From NCBI GenBank assembly GCA_965248055.1, contig CBDFIJ010000004.1:1952001-2016000 (forward strand): a stretch of DNA of 64,000 bases, given 5' to 3'. The translations under genes were made by a program, and so were the position numbers. This document shows positions 9,899-20,211 of this stretch, one piece after another. Position 1 is the stretch's first letter; every line of letters starts with the position of its first letter. This DNA is from Candidatus Multivoradales bacterium (GTDB lineage Bacteria > Acidobacteriota > Thermoanaerobaculia > Multivoradales > JAHEKO01). A model generated the notes under the pieces. That model saw only the letters and a list, made by a program, of their open reading frames with translations. It was not told the DNA's origin and did no database searches.

Positions 9899-10755
9899 GT
9901 ACAAGCCGCCGAGGTCTAGGTCGCGGCCTAGACGCGCTATTGGGCTCTGCCCCGGAGGGCGCCAGCGTCAGTCCGGTTGTCGAGCGGTCTCCGTCTACAC
10001 TCCCAGTGGGACAACTCCAACCCAACCCTCATCAACCGAGGACGCAGTTTGATAAGCAAGACTTGGATAGTCTGGCGGCTTCGATTCGCAACAGCGGATT
10101 GGTACAACCGATCGTCGTCAGTCACCAAGGGGATACCCACTACATCATTGCCGGCGAGCGACGATGGCGCGCCGCCCAACTTGCGGGCTTGACCGAGGTC
10201 CCAGTAGTGGTACGCGAGCAGGTCGGCGATCGTCAGATGCTGGAGTTGGCCCTGATCGAGAATCTACAGCGCGCAGACCTCAACCCGATCGATGAAGCCA
10301 AGGCATTTGCAGGTTTACGGGATAGCCACCAGCTGTCTCAAGAAAAAGTGGCTCGCGTGGTTGGCAAGAGCCGAGCTGCGGTGGCCAACGCTCTTCGCTT
10401 GTTGGACTTGCCTCAAGAGGTTCAGGGGTGGTTGCAAGAAGGCTCGCTGAGCGCCGGACAAGCGCGACCGCTATTGGCGCTCGGCGCCGCCGAAGCGATT
10501 GTCAATGTGGCCTCAAGAGTGCGGGAACAAGGCCTGTCAGTGCGACAAATCGAGGCTTTGGTTCGGTCCAAGGGAAAGAAGCGCAAGCCGACCAAAGAAA
10601 AAGAAGCACACGCGAAAGATGCTGAGGAACGCCTCACCAGAGCGTTGCAAACCAAAGTCGAAATCGAACGCCGTAAGCGAGGAGGGGTTATCAAGGTCTT
10701 CTTCCACTCCGAAGGTGAGTTGATCCGCCTCTTCGATCATCTCCATCGTTCGTAG
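9895..10755 (+). CDS. parB: ParB/Spo0J
   Basis: GLGRGLDALL, PNPHQPR, IIAGERRWRAA, IENLQRADL, HTH. Confidence 0.96.
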   Translation: MSTSRRGLGRGLDALLGSAPEGASVSPVVERSPSTLPVGQLQPNPHQPRTQFDKQDLDSLAASIRNSGLVQPIVVSHQGDTHYIIAGERRWRAAQLAGLTEVPVVVREQVGDRQMLELALIENLQRADLNPIDEAKAFAGLRDSHQLSQEKVARVVGKSRAAVANALRLLDLPQEVQGWLQEGSLSAGQARPLLALGAAEAIVNVASRVREQGLSVRQIEALVRSKGKKRKPTKEKEAHAKDAEERLTRALQTKVEIERRKRGGVIKVFFHSEGELIRLFDHLHRS

Positions 10756-10760
10756 CATCA

Positions 10761-12296
10761 CTACCAGCCTTGATAGCTGGGGACAAAGGTCAAGGGTCTC
10801 TGCGCCAAGGCCTCAGGGGCGAAGACCTGGGTGATGACCTCTCCGTCCAGGTCAGCGGCGACCGGCAACCCAACCGCGTAGGCGAGGGTGGGCATAATGT
10901 CGACCAAGCGCACTGACGGTAGGCGTTCTTGCCTCCGAATACCGGGTCCGTGAACGATCAAGACCCCGTCGTTACCACCCTTTGCGGTACCTTGACCCTC
11001 GTCTTGTCCTCTCAGGTTGACAATAAATTCACGCCAGCGTGGAAGTGCGGCAAACCCATGCACCGAAACCAGTACCGTGATTTTTTCCTCTGGCAACGTG
11101 GCGTCCCATGAAGCGATCGCACGATCCAAGGTTTCATAGGCGACCTCCAACTCGGCGGCAGCCTCTTCCACCTCGGTTCGATGATCCCCGCCCTGGGAAG
11201 CGGTGTAGCCACCAAAAGACCCTACCGATGGCGCCAAGAGATCACCCAGAAGAACGAAGGTTGCGTCCCCAGAGCCGTCCACTTGTGGCAGAGAAAGATG
11301 GTCCACACCCCGGTGGCCTTGGTCTCCTGGCCAGCCGACGACCTCTGCGGTCAACCCCAACTCGCGATAAATTTGCCATAGTGGTTTGCGTTTCAGATCA
11401 TCGGCCGTCACCGGACGAACCGAAGTCCCCAACAATCCCCAACGATGAAACCCCAATCCCTCAGGTAGCAACCGCACATTGGCCAACCCCCAGGGGGCTC
11501 GGTAAACAGAGGAACCTTGGAGCTGATGATGAAACGGCCAAGTACCGGTAGCGACGCTGGTCCAGAGGGCGTCAGAGCGGGGTGGCCTGAGAGTCGAAAC
11601 CGGTGCCAGAACCCCCTGCTCCAGCAAACGACCGATCATCGGCAAACTTCCCTGCTCGACCATCGGCAACAGTGCTTCAAGAGTTGCTCCGTCCAATCCG
11701 ATCACCACGATTGGCAGCAGCGGATCCCAAGCTGGTTTGCGCACCGACGGAGTGGCTGGTGCGGTGCTCTGCGGACGCAGTGTTGGAATCAAGACTAATG
11801 CGGCCATTCCGCAAGCGGCCACCAAGCCGAGACTGCGAGAGCTATATGGCCTGCGGTGCAGGGTGTGGAGCAGTGCGGTGTAGAACGCGACCAAACCAAG
11901 CAAGGTAAGAATGGCTGCGGCATAGACCAAATTCCGGTTTACTTCAGTGGGAAGGTAGAACGCCCAACGTGAGGCATGCACACCAAAAAACAAAGCTGTG
12001 GCGGCCAACACGAACGTCATAGCCCAAGGAAAAAAACGTACAGCTCGATCTAAGTTGCGCCAAAGGAAGGGCAATAGCACGAGGGTCGCCGCCACCAATC
12101 CGAGCAGCCCAAAATAGAACACCAGCGGCCAGCCATCGGATACCGAAAGGGCAATTTGTGGATTGAGAAAAACCACCAACAAGCCGATGACAGAACCGGC
12201 GACCCCGCCGGGCAGGAGCCCCCCGGCAACAGACAACAGTAGGCCCCGCAAGGAACGGTCAGGATGATTGTCTAAATCTTGCGTTGTTTTGGCCAC
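10761..12296 (-). CDS. Membrane-anchored alkaline phosphatase superfamily (nucleotide pyrophosphatase-like) protein
   Basis: About 5 N-terminal TM helices, then VIGLDGAT, WTSVATG, VSVHGF and DIMPTL motifs. Confidence 0.72.
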   Translation of the reverse strand: MAKTTQDLDNHPDRSLRGLLLSVAGGLLPGGVAGSVIGLLVVFLNPQIALSVSDGWPLVFYFGLLGLVAATLVLLPFLWRNLDRAVRFFPWAMTFVLAATALFFGVHASRWAFYLPTEVNRNLVYAAAILTLLGLVAFYTALLHTLHRRPYSSRSLGLVAACGMAALVLIPTLRPQSTAPATPSVRKPAWDPLLPIVVIGLDGATLEALLPMVEQGSLPMIGRLLEQGVLAPVSTLRPPRSDALWTSVATGTWPFHHQLQGSSVYRAPWGLANVRLLPEGLGFHRWGLLGTSVRPVTADDLKRKPLWQIYRELGLTAEVVGWPGDQGHRGVDHLSLPQVDGSGDATFVLLGDLLAPSVGSFGGYTASQGGDHRTEVEEAAAELEVAYETLDRAIASWDATLPEEKITVLVSVHGFAALPRWREFIVNLRGQDEGQGTAKGGNDGVLIVHGPGIRRQERLPSVRLVDIMPTLAYAVGLPVAADLDGEVITQVFAPEALAQRPLTFVPSYQGW

Positions 12297-12333
12297 GATC
12301 TTGGTATCTTGCGCTGGGAAGATACTAGCAACG

Positions 12334-13395
12334 ATGCCGAAGATAAGTTGGATGGACGCTCTTTACCGCACCGCGCGGCCACTGCTGTTCGCCTTGCCGG
12401 CAGAGGGCGCGCACCATTTCGGGCTCAACCTGCTGCGATTAACTGGCGCGGCTGGAATGCCGTCCTGGTCTCCCCCAGAAACTTTGCGCCAAGAACTCTT
12501 GGGCGTCAAATTCCAGTCTCCAGTGGGCCTGGCCGCAGGCTTTGACAAGGACGCTAGGTGCTTAGCGGCATGGCCCCGACTGGGGTTCGGTTTTGCCGAG
12601 GTCGGGACGGTTACCCCGAGAGCGCAGCCAGGAAACCCCAAGCCGAGGCTGCTTCGACATAAACGACAACGAAGCCTGCAAAACTGGATGGGCTTCAACG
12701 GTCGTGGTGTGGGTTTTCTTGCTGCCAATCTTAGGGCGCGACCTACCTCATTTCCCGTTGCAGTGAACTTGGGGAAAAATGCCGACACCCCGATGGACAA
12801 CGCGGCGGACGACTACCTGCTAGGAATCCGAGCCACGGTTGATCTATGCGATTTCTTGGTGGTCAATGTTTCCTCCCCCAATACGCCGGGGTTGAGAAAA
12901 CTGCAAAAAACAAGCGACCTGATGAAACTGTTACGCCCGGTGGTCGAGTTGGCAAACCCAAAACCCGTGCTGGTGAAACTATCTCCCGATGAAGAGATTG
13001 CGGACCTGTGTGAGCTATCTATCGCCGCAGTAGACCAGGGCTGTACAGGTGTAGTTGTTTCCAACACCTCTGTGGACTATGAATTGTTAGATGGCACCGA
13101 TAATACCCATAAAGGTGGGATAAGTGGTCGCCTAATCACCAATCGATCTCGCCTGTTGACCGCCAAAATCGGCGCTGCATTGCAAAAGCGCGGTATTTTG
13201 GTCAGCGTCGGTGGAATCGACAGTGCGGAGGAAGCTTACCGGCGGATTCGCACCGGTGCCAGCTTGGTCGAGCTATACACCGGCTTGGTCTATCGAGGAC
13301 CAGGGCTGCCACAACGAATTGCCGAAGGCCTGGCAACTCTCGCACAAGCAGATGGTGCGAAATCTATCAATGAGGTTGTAGGAGCTGATTTATGA
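12334..13395 (+). CDS. pyrD: Dihydroorotate dehydrogenase (quinone)
   Basis: GLAAGFDK, GTVTPRAQPGNPKPR, NVSSPNTPGLR motifs. Confidence 0.95.
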   Translation: MPKISWMDALYRTARPLLFALPAEGAHHFGLNLLRLTGAAGMPSWSPPETLRQELLGVKFQSPVGLAAGFDKDARCLAAWPRLGFGFAEVGTVTPRAQPGNPKPRLLRHKRQRSLQNWMGFNGRGVGFLAANLRARPTSFPVAVNLGKNADTPMDNAADDYLLGIRATVDLCDFLVVNVSSPNTPGLRKLQKTSDLMKLLRPVVELANPKPVLVKLSPDEEIADLCELSIAAVDQGCTGVVVSNTSVDYELLDGTDNTHKGGISGRLITNRSRLLTAKIGAALQKRGILVSVGGIDSAEEAYRRIRTGASLVELYTGLVYRGPGLPQRIAEGLATLAQADGAKSINEVVGADL

Positions 13396-14090
13396 TCCAT
13401 TCTTCGCTGTCTAAGGTCGCCGTGGCGCTCGACACATCTGATTTTGACGAGTTCACGGAATGGTGTGCGTTTTTCGGTTCGCGTGTCGGGGTGCTCAAGG
13501 TTGGCCTTGAGGCGTTTGTTCGTTGGGGAGCGGTGGCGGTCGAGTGTGCTCAAGAGACCGACGCTGAAGTTTTTCTCGACCTCAAACTACACGACATTCC
13601 CGCCACCGTGGCGGGCGCGGTTGGCTCTGCGGCGGAGTTAGGGGTCTCTTGGCTCACGGTTCACGCCAGCGGCGGGCCGACAATGCTTTCAGCCGCTGCT
13701 CAGAGTGCTGCCGGCAGAGTCAAGGTGATTGCCGTGACAGTACTGACGAGCCTTGCCGAGAGCGACATGGAACAACTCGGGTGGCCTGGGGAGATCCCTG
13801 AGAGGGTAACCTCTTGGGCCAAGATGGCGGAAACAGAAGGCTGCTCTGGGGTCGTCACATCCCCCAAAGAGCTGGCCGACTTACGCGTTGCCGTGGCGGA
13901 CAATTTTCGACTGGTAACCCCTGGTATTCGGCCCAGTGGTGCCCAACGGCAAGATCAGAGTCGTGTGGCAACCCCGAGAGATGCCCTGAGAGCGGGGTCC
14001 GACTTGCTGGTCATGGGTCGACCTTTGACCCGTGCTCCAGATCGCGAACAAGCCCTCGAAGTCTTAGCCGAAGAGCTAGCCGCTATTTGA
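13392..14090 (+). CDS. pyrF: Orotidine-5'-phosphate decarboxylase
   Basis: FLDLKLHDIPATV, VTPGIR motifs. Confidence 0.96.
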   Translation: MIHSSLSKVAVALDTSDFDEFTEWCAFFGSRVGVLKVGLEAFVRWGAVAVECAQETDAEVFLDLKLHDIPATVAGAVGSAAELGVSWLTVHASGGPTMLSAAAQSAAGRVKVIAVTVLTSLAESDMEQLGWPGEIPERVTSWAKMAETEGCSGVVTSPKELADLRVAVADNFRLVTPGIRPSGAQRQDQSRVATPRDALRAGSDLLVMGRPLTRAPDREQALEVLAEELAAI

Positions 14091-14125
14091 GCAGCCCTCG
14101 CACTGCCGCTCTCGAGCAAGCTCAA

Positions 14126-14494
14126 CTAGAAGTAATAAAGTGGTCTGTTGATTTTCTCGTCGAATTTCCAGATATAGGTATAGCCAGGAAACTCGATGGG
14201 AATTTCATATTTGCAGTGAATGCGAATCTCGTTGCTGGTGCGCTCGACCTTGAGGTTCTCGGGTTTCACCGGCAGATCAAGGTCTTTGGCCTTCTGAAGA
14301 ATCTGTCTTTTGATCCCTTCGGTTTTTGACTGCAACCCAAACTTAGCTTGCTCTTCCATGTAGTCGTAGAACTGAGCGGAACCAATTTTCACTGGAACCA
14401 TCTTCCAGGCGATCAAAGCGGCAAGGCCCAAGATGAGGAGCCAAAAAACGCAGCCAATCTTGCTGTCTCCGCGAACCCGGTGGTTGTTGATCAT
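14126..14494 (-). CDS. DUF4845-like small membrane-anchored protein
   Basis: Pilin-like N-terminal hydrophobic helix; position after lepB is typical of DUF4845. Confidence 0.55.
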   Translation of the reverse strand: MINNHRVRGDSKIGCVFWLLILGLAALIAWKMVPVKIGSAQFYDYMEEQAKFGLQSKTEGIKRQILQKAKDLDLPVKPENLKVERTSNEIRIHCKYEIPIEFPGYTYIWKFDEKINRPLYYF

Positions 14495-14585
14495 GATTGT
14501 CTCCCGAATCGACAGGCCTAACGAGTAACTTGCCCTATTGATCGAAATCCTAGCACCCCAGAACTGGAGCTAACGAGTACTGGAG

Positions 14586-15254
14586 CTAGCGGACCACATG
14601 AAACACTCGCCCCCAGCGCGTGTTCGGGAAGAAGCCGATCGCGGTTCGAGCAAGTTGCCCCAGTTTGTGTCCCCACCCTCTCCAGACACCGTCTGAAGTT
14701 TCCCCAGAATAAGACCAATAGACCAACCATGGTCTTCCTTTGACCAAATTCTTGGGTAGAGCCCCCCAGAAGCGAGAGTCATTGGAGTTGTCTCGGTTGT
14801 CGCCCATACAGAAATACGAATCGTCGGGAACCATAAAGGGCCCAAATTCATCGCGAGGTCTGCCGACGCGAAATGAGTCGCCGTGGCGAATAACTGCGGA
14901 GTCATCGATCGGCAAGCCGTTGATGTGCAGGTTCTTGTTTCGCACCTCGATGACGTCTCCGGGCACCCCAATACAACGCTTGACCATGTCAATGCGGGGG
15001 TCCTCCGGCGAGCGAAACACCACAATGTCTCCCCGCTGCACGTCGCGAAGGGGCAGCAGCGCACGCTCGACCGGTGAGCCATTGCCAAACACAAATCGAT
15101 TGACAAATAGATGGTCACCGACCAGCAGCGTCTCTTCCATCGAGGCCGATGGAATGAAAAAAGTCTTAAACACAAAGGTATTAGAGAAACTCAAAAACAA
15201 CCCGGCGATCAACAACGCCTCGAGATACTCGCGGATAGTGGAATGACTACGCAT
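14586..15254 (-). CDS. lepB: Signal peptidase I
   Basis: IPSASMEETL (catalytic Ser), VKRCIGVPGD (Lys), MGDNRDNSNDSRFWG. Confidence 0.95.
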   Translation of the reverse strand: MRSHSTIREYLEALLIAGLFLSFSNTFVFKTFFIPSASMEETLLVGDHLFVNRFVFGNGSPVERALLPLRDVQRGDIVVFRSPEDPRIDMVKRCIGVPGDVIEVRNKNLHINGLPIDDSAVIRHGDSFRVGRPRDEFGPFMVPDDSYFCMGDNRDNSNDSRFWGALPKNLVKGRPWLVYWSYSGETSDGVWRGWGHKLGQLARTAIGFFPNTRWGRVFHVVR

Positions 15255-15642
15255 GGGGCGGTGATTTTAGCCGGAGTCAAGAATTCTTGCCGACGTCCAA
15301 TTCCTTTGACGACTTCTGGCAACACCGGATTCGACTGCAACCACCGGGCCTAACCGGTTCATCCAGTCTGTTTTGGTTCCCTTTCCGGCAAGCAGGGCTT
15401 GCTTGGTGAGGGCCACTATTAAAGCTGGACAATCTCTTAACCTATTTAAATTAAACATCTTAAAGGTTTTATCAACGGTGGCACCGAGCGTGATTAATAG
15501 CTCGGTATGAAACGAAACCCGAGAAAGGAGGTGCCACCCGGATAGCCACAACCAAAACCAGACGAGACGGGTCCGGCGGTCCCCGCAACCCACCGCCAAC
15601 AAACGAAGTTGAATTGTCACAAACAAACAAAGGAGAAAAACA

Positions 15643-15975
15643 ATGACAAATACCCATCGAACCATCGCAACCGTTCTGGTCCTAATGCTTACCTTCGCGG
15701 CGTTCCCGGCCTTTGCTGCCGAGGGCAAAGTCAACATCAACACCGCTGCTGCAGAGCAGTTGGAGCTTCTACCTCGCATTGGTCCTTCGATCGCTCAACG
15801 GATCGTTGACTACCGCGAAGCGCAACGCTTTGAGGCGCCTGAAGACTTGCTGTTGGTCAAGGGGATCGGTGAAAAGACCTTTGATCTTCTCGAAAGCTAT
15901 GTCTCGGTTAGCGGGGATACTACCCTGACCGAAAAGGTGAAAGTGCCGCGCAAAACCGACGAGGCGTCCAGCTAG
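15643..15975 (+). CDS. comEA: ComEA-family helix-hairpin-helix DNA-binding protein with signal peptide
   Basis: VNINTAAAEQLELLPRIGPSIAQRIV and VKGIGEK HhH motifs; AAGGAG RBS. Confidence 0.88.
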   Translation: MTNTHRTIATVLVLMLTFAAFPAFAAEGKVNINTAAAEQLELLPRIGPSIAQRIVDYREAQRFEAPEDLLLVKGIGEKTFDLLESYVSVSGDTTLTEKVKVPRKTDEASS

Positions 15976-15990
15976 GGCACCTGTGGGAAT

Positions 15991-16018
15991 GGGGGTGGCC
16001 CTCGGGCCACCTCTTTTT
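15991..16018 (+). terminator. Intrinsic terminator after comEA
   Basis: GGGGTGGCC-loop-GGCCACCTC followed by TTTTT. Confidence 0.7.
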
Positions 16019-16038
16019 CTCCACGGGCCTAGGGACCC

Positions 16039-16644
16039 ATGATGACTAAACAGCCACATAAGAGGGAAGGCTACACCCTGGTTGAAGCCCTGGTGACGCT
16101 GGCGGTGATCGCGATCGCAACCACCACTGTGACCGCCAAGGTGCGCGAATTGAGCGGACTGACTCATCTGAGAGTTGCTGCTGGGTCGGTTGCAGCTACG
16201 CTACATCAGGCGAGATCTGAAGCAATCCGAAGGGGCCGTCAAGTAGGGTTGCGATTTGAAAGACGAAACAGCGGATCGTGGGTCGGAGTTGCCTATCTGG
16301 ATGGCGATGGAGACGGGGTCAAGACTGACGATATTCGCAAAGGAACCGATACTGAGGCTTGGCGTCGGCCGGTTGAAGGCGTCGACGCGGTGGTCCGGTT
16401 CGGCATCATCGAGGCGATGTCACCGACCGATCCCGGCGACCCAAAGCGCAAGCTGCAACGTCTGGATGACCCGATCCGCTTTGGTCGCTCCAACATCGCA
16501 TCTTTTGGACCCTTGGGTACCTCAACCCCAGGATCAATCTACTTGCGAGACGGTGATCGAAGGCAAGCCGTAGTTCGACTGTATGGACGTACCGCAAAAC
16601 TGAGAGTGATGCACTATCAGCCACGGAATCGCCTCTGGAAGTAG
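16039..16644 (+). CDS. GspH/FimT-type pseudopilin
   Basis: Class III prepilin signal G|YTLVEALVTLAVIAI; ARSEAI motif. Confidence 0.82.
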   Translation: MMTKQPHKREGYTLVEALVTLAVIAIATTTVTAKVRELSGLTHLRVAAGSVAATLHQARSEAIRRGRQVGLRFERRNSGSWVGVAYLDGDGDGVKTDDIRKGTDTEAWRRPVEGVDAVVRFGIIEAMSPTDPGDPKRKLQRLDDPIRFGRSNIASFGPLGTSTPGSIYLRDGDRRQAVVRLYGRTAKLRVMHYQPRNRLWK

Positions 16645-16722
16645 AAAACCGCTGACTGTCTCAAAGGTACTGATCTAGGACAACCGGTTGTTAATCCTCG
16701 ACCCGGTCCATATGATCGGTAG

Positions 16723-17046
16723 GTGTCCGAACCACTCGCAGTACTCACCACCGTTGGCACAGAGCAGGAGGCGAATCTGATCGCCAACGAGCTGATCGAG
16801 CGCCGGGTTGCCGCCTGCGTCAACATCACTCGCGGTGTGACCTCAGTGTTTCGCTGGCGCGATGAAATTCAGCGAGACAGCGAGTTCCTACTGCTTATTA
16901 AGACCGTGCAGGACCGCTTTAGCGATGTCAGCGACACTATTTGTGAGCTCCACAGTTACGAATGTCCGGAGATCTTGGCAGTCCCAGCCCAAGCGGGCGA
17001 TCTTCGGTTTATGGACTGGCTAGAGCAGTCGACACGCCCAGCCTAG
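16723..17046 (+). CDS. cutA: Divalent-cation tolerance protein CutA
   Basis: AACVNI, LLLIKT, HSYECPEI motifs. Confidence 0.93.
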   Translation: MSEPLAVLTTVGTEQEANLIANELIERRVAACVNITRGVTSVFRWRDEIQRDSEFLLLIKTVQDRFSDVSDTICELHSYECPEILAVPAQAGDLRFMDWLEQSTRPA

Positions 17047-17071
17047 TTGGGCTTCGCTTCCGGCGGACCGG

Positions 17072-18226
17072 CTAGCGCAACGCCTGGTCGAGATCGGCTA
17101 CCAAATCGTCGATCAACTCAATACCCACTGACACTCGGACCAATCCTTCGGTGATCCCAGCAGCTTGGCGCTTTTCAAGCGGCATGGATGCGTGGGTCAT
17201 CGACGCCGGGTGGGAGATCAAGGTCTCTACTCCGCCGAGGCTCTCGGCCAGAGTCAAAACATGTAGCCGATCCAGAACTTGTTTTGCCCGCTCTTGGGAC
17301 CCCAGCTCGAAGGAGATCAGCGCGCCAAAACCAGAAGCTTGGCGTTGCTGCAGTTGATGTCCAGGATGATCCGGCAAACCGGGGTAGAGAACCTCACCCA
17401 CGTTATTGTGATCAACAAGAAAGCGTGCAAGGTCGCGTCCGGATTTCTCGTGCTGCTCCATGCGCACCGCGAGGGTCTTCAAGCCGCGGAGAATCAGGAA
17501 AGAGTCCATCGGTGAGAGGATCGCTCCAACTGATTTCTGCACGAAGGAAAACCACTCCGAGAGCTCCGGATCGGAGGTCACCAGAACACCACCAATACTG
17601 TCGCTGTGGCCATTGAGAAACTTGGTCGTCGAGTGCAGCACGATATCTGCCTCCAATTCCAACGGACGCTGGAAGTAAGGCGACATAAAAGTATTGTCGA
17701 CCGCCAGAATCGCGCCATGGTTGTGAGCGATTTGCGCAGCACCGCGGAGATCAGAGACTTCAATCGTCGGATTGGTCGGAGTTTCGATATAGACGATCTT
17801 GGTGCGCTCCTCCAGCGCCGCCGAAACCAGCTCTAAGTCGGTGGTGTCGACCCACGAACAACGGATCTGGTAACGATCCATGATCTGAGTGAAGAAGCGG
17901 TAAGTACCCCCGTATACCGAGCGCGAAGCGACAATGTGATCTCCACTGGAGAGCAGCGTCGAGAGGGCGGAAATCGAGGCCATACCCGACGCGAAGGCAT
18001 GACCAAAGCGACCCGATTCGAGGGAAGCCATATTCTCTTCCAGCGCACTGCGGGTTGGGTTCTGCACCCTGGCGTACTCAAAGCCCTTATGCTTGCCCAT
18101 CTCATCTTGGGCATAGGTAGAGGTTTGATAGATCGGCATTGCTACCGCTCCAGTGGTTGGGTCTGGTGGTTGACCAGTGTGGATTGCGCGGGTTGCGAAA
18201 CCTAGATTTTTTGGGTCACCTTTCAT
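17072..18226 (-). CDS. Cystathionine gamma-lyase/synthase family PLP enzyme
   Basis: PIYQTSTY, ETPTNP, DNTF, HSTTKFLNGHSD, AESLGGVETL. Confidence 0.92.
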   Translation of the reverse strand: MKGDPKNLGFATRAIHTGQPPDPTTGAVAMPIYQTSTYAQDEMGKHKGFEYARVQNPTRSALEENMASLESGRFGHAFASGMASISALSTLLSSGDHIVASRSVYGGTYRFFTQIMDRYQIRCSWVDTTDLELVSAALEERTKIVYIETPTNPTIEVSDLRGAAQIAHNHGAILAVDNTFMSPYFQRPLELEADIVLHSTTKFLNGHSDSIGGVLVTSDPELSEWFSFVQKSVGAILSPMDSFLILRGLKTLAVRMEQHEKSGRDLARFLVDHNNVGEVLYPGLPDHPGHQLQQRQASGFGALISFELGSQERAKQVLDRLHVLTLAESLGGVETLISHPASMTHASMPLEKRQAAGITEGLVRVSVGIELIDDLVADLDQALR

Positions 18227-18338
18227 TTTCGTCCTTTCCAGTGTTCCCGGACTGCGCTGATGTAACAACCCTTCGCAACCCTACATTCCCGTATCGTTCA
18301 GATCACAGCAACATCTGGCGAGAGCGTACAATGCTTTC

Positions 18339-19376
18339 ATGAACCACGAGGCGATCTTTTCCCCGATTCGATGGATAGACAACCACCTAGAGTTACTCGA
18401 ACAGACGGTGCTGCCAATTCGAGAAGAATGGACGACCTGCCGAGAACCGGAAGACGTAGCTGCGGCAATTCGGCGCTTGGCGGTTCGGGGGGCGCCGGCG
18501 ATTGGCATCGCCGCAGCTTATGGATTGGTGCTTGGCATGAACCAAACCGACAAGAATCCACGGAGTCGATTTGAGCAGGTGTCTGCACTACTAGAAGCGA
18601 CTCGACCGACTGCGGTCAACCTCAAGTGGGCGCTTGATCGTGGGCGCGAAGTGTTTGACAAGTATGAAGGTGGGTCGGCATCTCAAGTGCGTGACGCGCT
18701 GCTCGAATGGGCGCATCGCTTGCACCGCGAAGACGTCGAGGGCAACCGCGCGATTGGCCAACACGGCGTGGAACTCTTCTCTGCCGGAGACCGAGCCCTC
18801 ACCCACTGCAACGCTGGAGGCTTGGCGACCGCAGGATACGGCACCGCGATCGGGGTTCTCAACGCCGCCTGGGACGCCCAACGATTGGAAAAAGTTTGGG
18901 TTGACGAGACCCGACCACTCTTGCAGGGCGCACGGCTCACCTCTTGGGAACTGGATCGTCTAGGAATCCCTCATCACCTGGTTACCGACTCTAGCGTTGG
19001 CGCGTTGATGAGCCGAGGAATGGTTGATCGCGTTGTGGTGGGTGCGGATCGGATTGCCGCCAACGGAGACACCGCGAACAAGATCGGCACCTATACCGTC
19101 GCGGTCTTGGCCAATCGTCACAGTATCCCGTTCTACGTTGCGGCGCCGCGCTCGACGATCGACCTAGCGACCCCCAATGGCAATGGGATTCCGATTGAAG
19201 AGCGCGACGGGTCCGAGGTCACCGACGTCTTTGGTCAGCGCTTGGCTCCGACCGGCACCGAGGGGTTCAACCTTGCGTTCGACATCACCCCAGCCGAATT
19301 GATTACCGCGATCATCACCGAAGTGGGAGTGAAGTCCCCGCAAGCTCTGGTACAAGTGTTTGCTGAGCATCGATAG
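18339..19376 (+). CDS. mtnA: S-methyl-5-thioribose-1-phosphate isomerase
   Basis: VRGAPAIG, TRPTAVNL, THCNAGGLAT, ETRPLLQGARLT, NKIGTY. Confidence 0.95.
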   Translation: MNHEAIFSPIRWIDNHLELLEQTVLPIREEWTTCREPEDVAAAIRRLAVRGAPAIGIAAAYGLVLGMNQTDKNPRSRFEQVSALLEATRPTAVNLKWALDRGREVFDKYEGGSASQVRDALLEWAHRLHREDVEGNRAIGQHGVELFSAGDRALTHCNAGGLATAGYGTAIGVLNAAWDAQRLEKVWVDETRPLLQGARLTSWELDRLGIPHHLVTDSSVGALMSRGMVDRVVVGADRIAANGDTANKIGTYTVAVLANRHSIPFYVAAPRSTIDLATPNGNGIPIEERDGSEVTDVFGQRLAPTGTEGFNLAFDITPAELITAIITEVGVKSPQALVQVFAEHR

Positions 19377-19539
19377 AGAAACAGCGCAGTCTGAAAAAGT
19401 GAACACTTTGTTGACTCCAAGAGTCGGACCGTTCCGACCTGCGTCCACCAACAGCAGTCCATAGATGCTGGCATCGGCGACATCTGGTACAGAGAGGTCG
19501 TCGCTGTTACTTCAGGATGACAGGCTGTTTTAGGGCCTA

Positions 19540-20115
19540 ATGCCAGAGTTCCACCTACTCCGAGAGTTTCTTCGACGGCCTAATAGGATTGGCTCAATCA
19601 CTCCGCGCCCGGAGATTTTTCCCATGAGATCACCTCTTCCATTGGCCTAAGCAAGGCTAGGATTGTGGTCGAGTCCGGGGCCGGTACCGGGCCTTTCACC
19701 GGCGAGATCTTGCGAAAGATCAATCCAGCAGTTTCGTTCGTATGCATCGAAAGATCGCCGCACTTAGCCGGAGTTCCGAGGCGTCGCTTCCCAGATCTCG
19801 ATCTGGTCGAAGATTCGGTAGCAAACCTGAAGTCGATCCTTGATCAACGCGGGCTGGTGGTGGCAGACAGTGTAGTGAGTGGTCTGCCGTGGACTTCGTT
19901 CGGGTCCGAGCTGCAGGAGTCGGTGACTCTAAACCCCCGTGGACGGACTCAATCCCGGTAGCCAGTTTGCTACCTTTGCCTACCTGCACGGATTGTTGCT
20001 ACCCACCGCCTGGGCCTTTCGCCAAAAGCCTAGTTCGAACTATTCGCAAGTATGCACATCGAAAGTCGCTTGGCCCAACCTGCCGCCATCGTTTGTTTAC
20101 CGTTGTATTCGATAA
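19540..20115 (+). pseudogene. Frameshifted phospholipid N-methyltransferase (PmtA-like) SAM methyltransferase
   Basis: Three segments in different frames: MPEFHLLREFLRRPNRIGSITP / VVESGAGTGPFT...VVSGLPW / LNPGSQFATFAY...WPNLPPSFVYRC*. Confidence 0.75.
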
Positions 20116-20211
20116 ACATTGGTGGGGGATCCCTCTGGCATGGGCTAAGAAGTCCACGCTCGAGCAGCCGTTTGACACAAACCCAAGGAACTCCTTGAGT
20201 GCGATTAGTCC

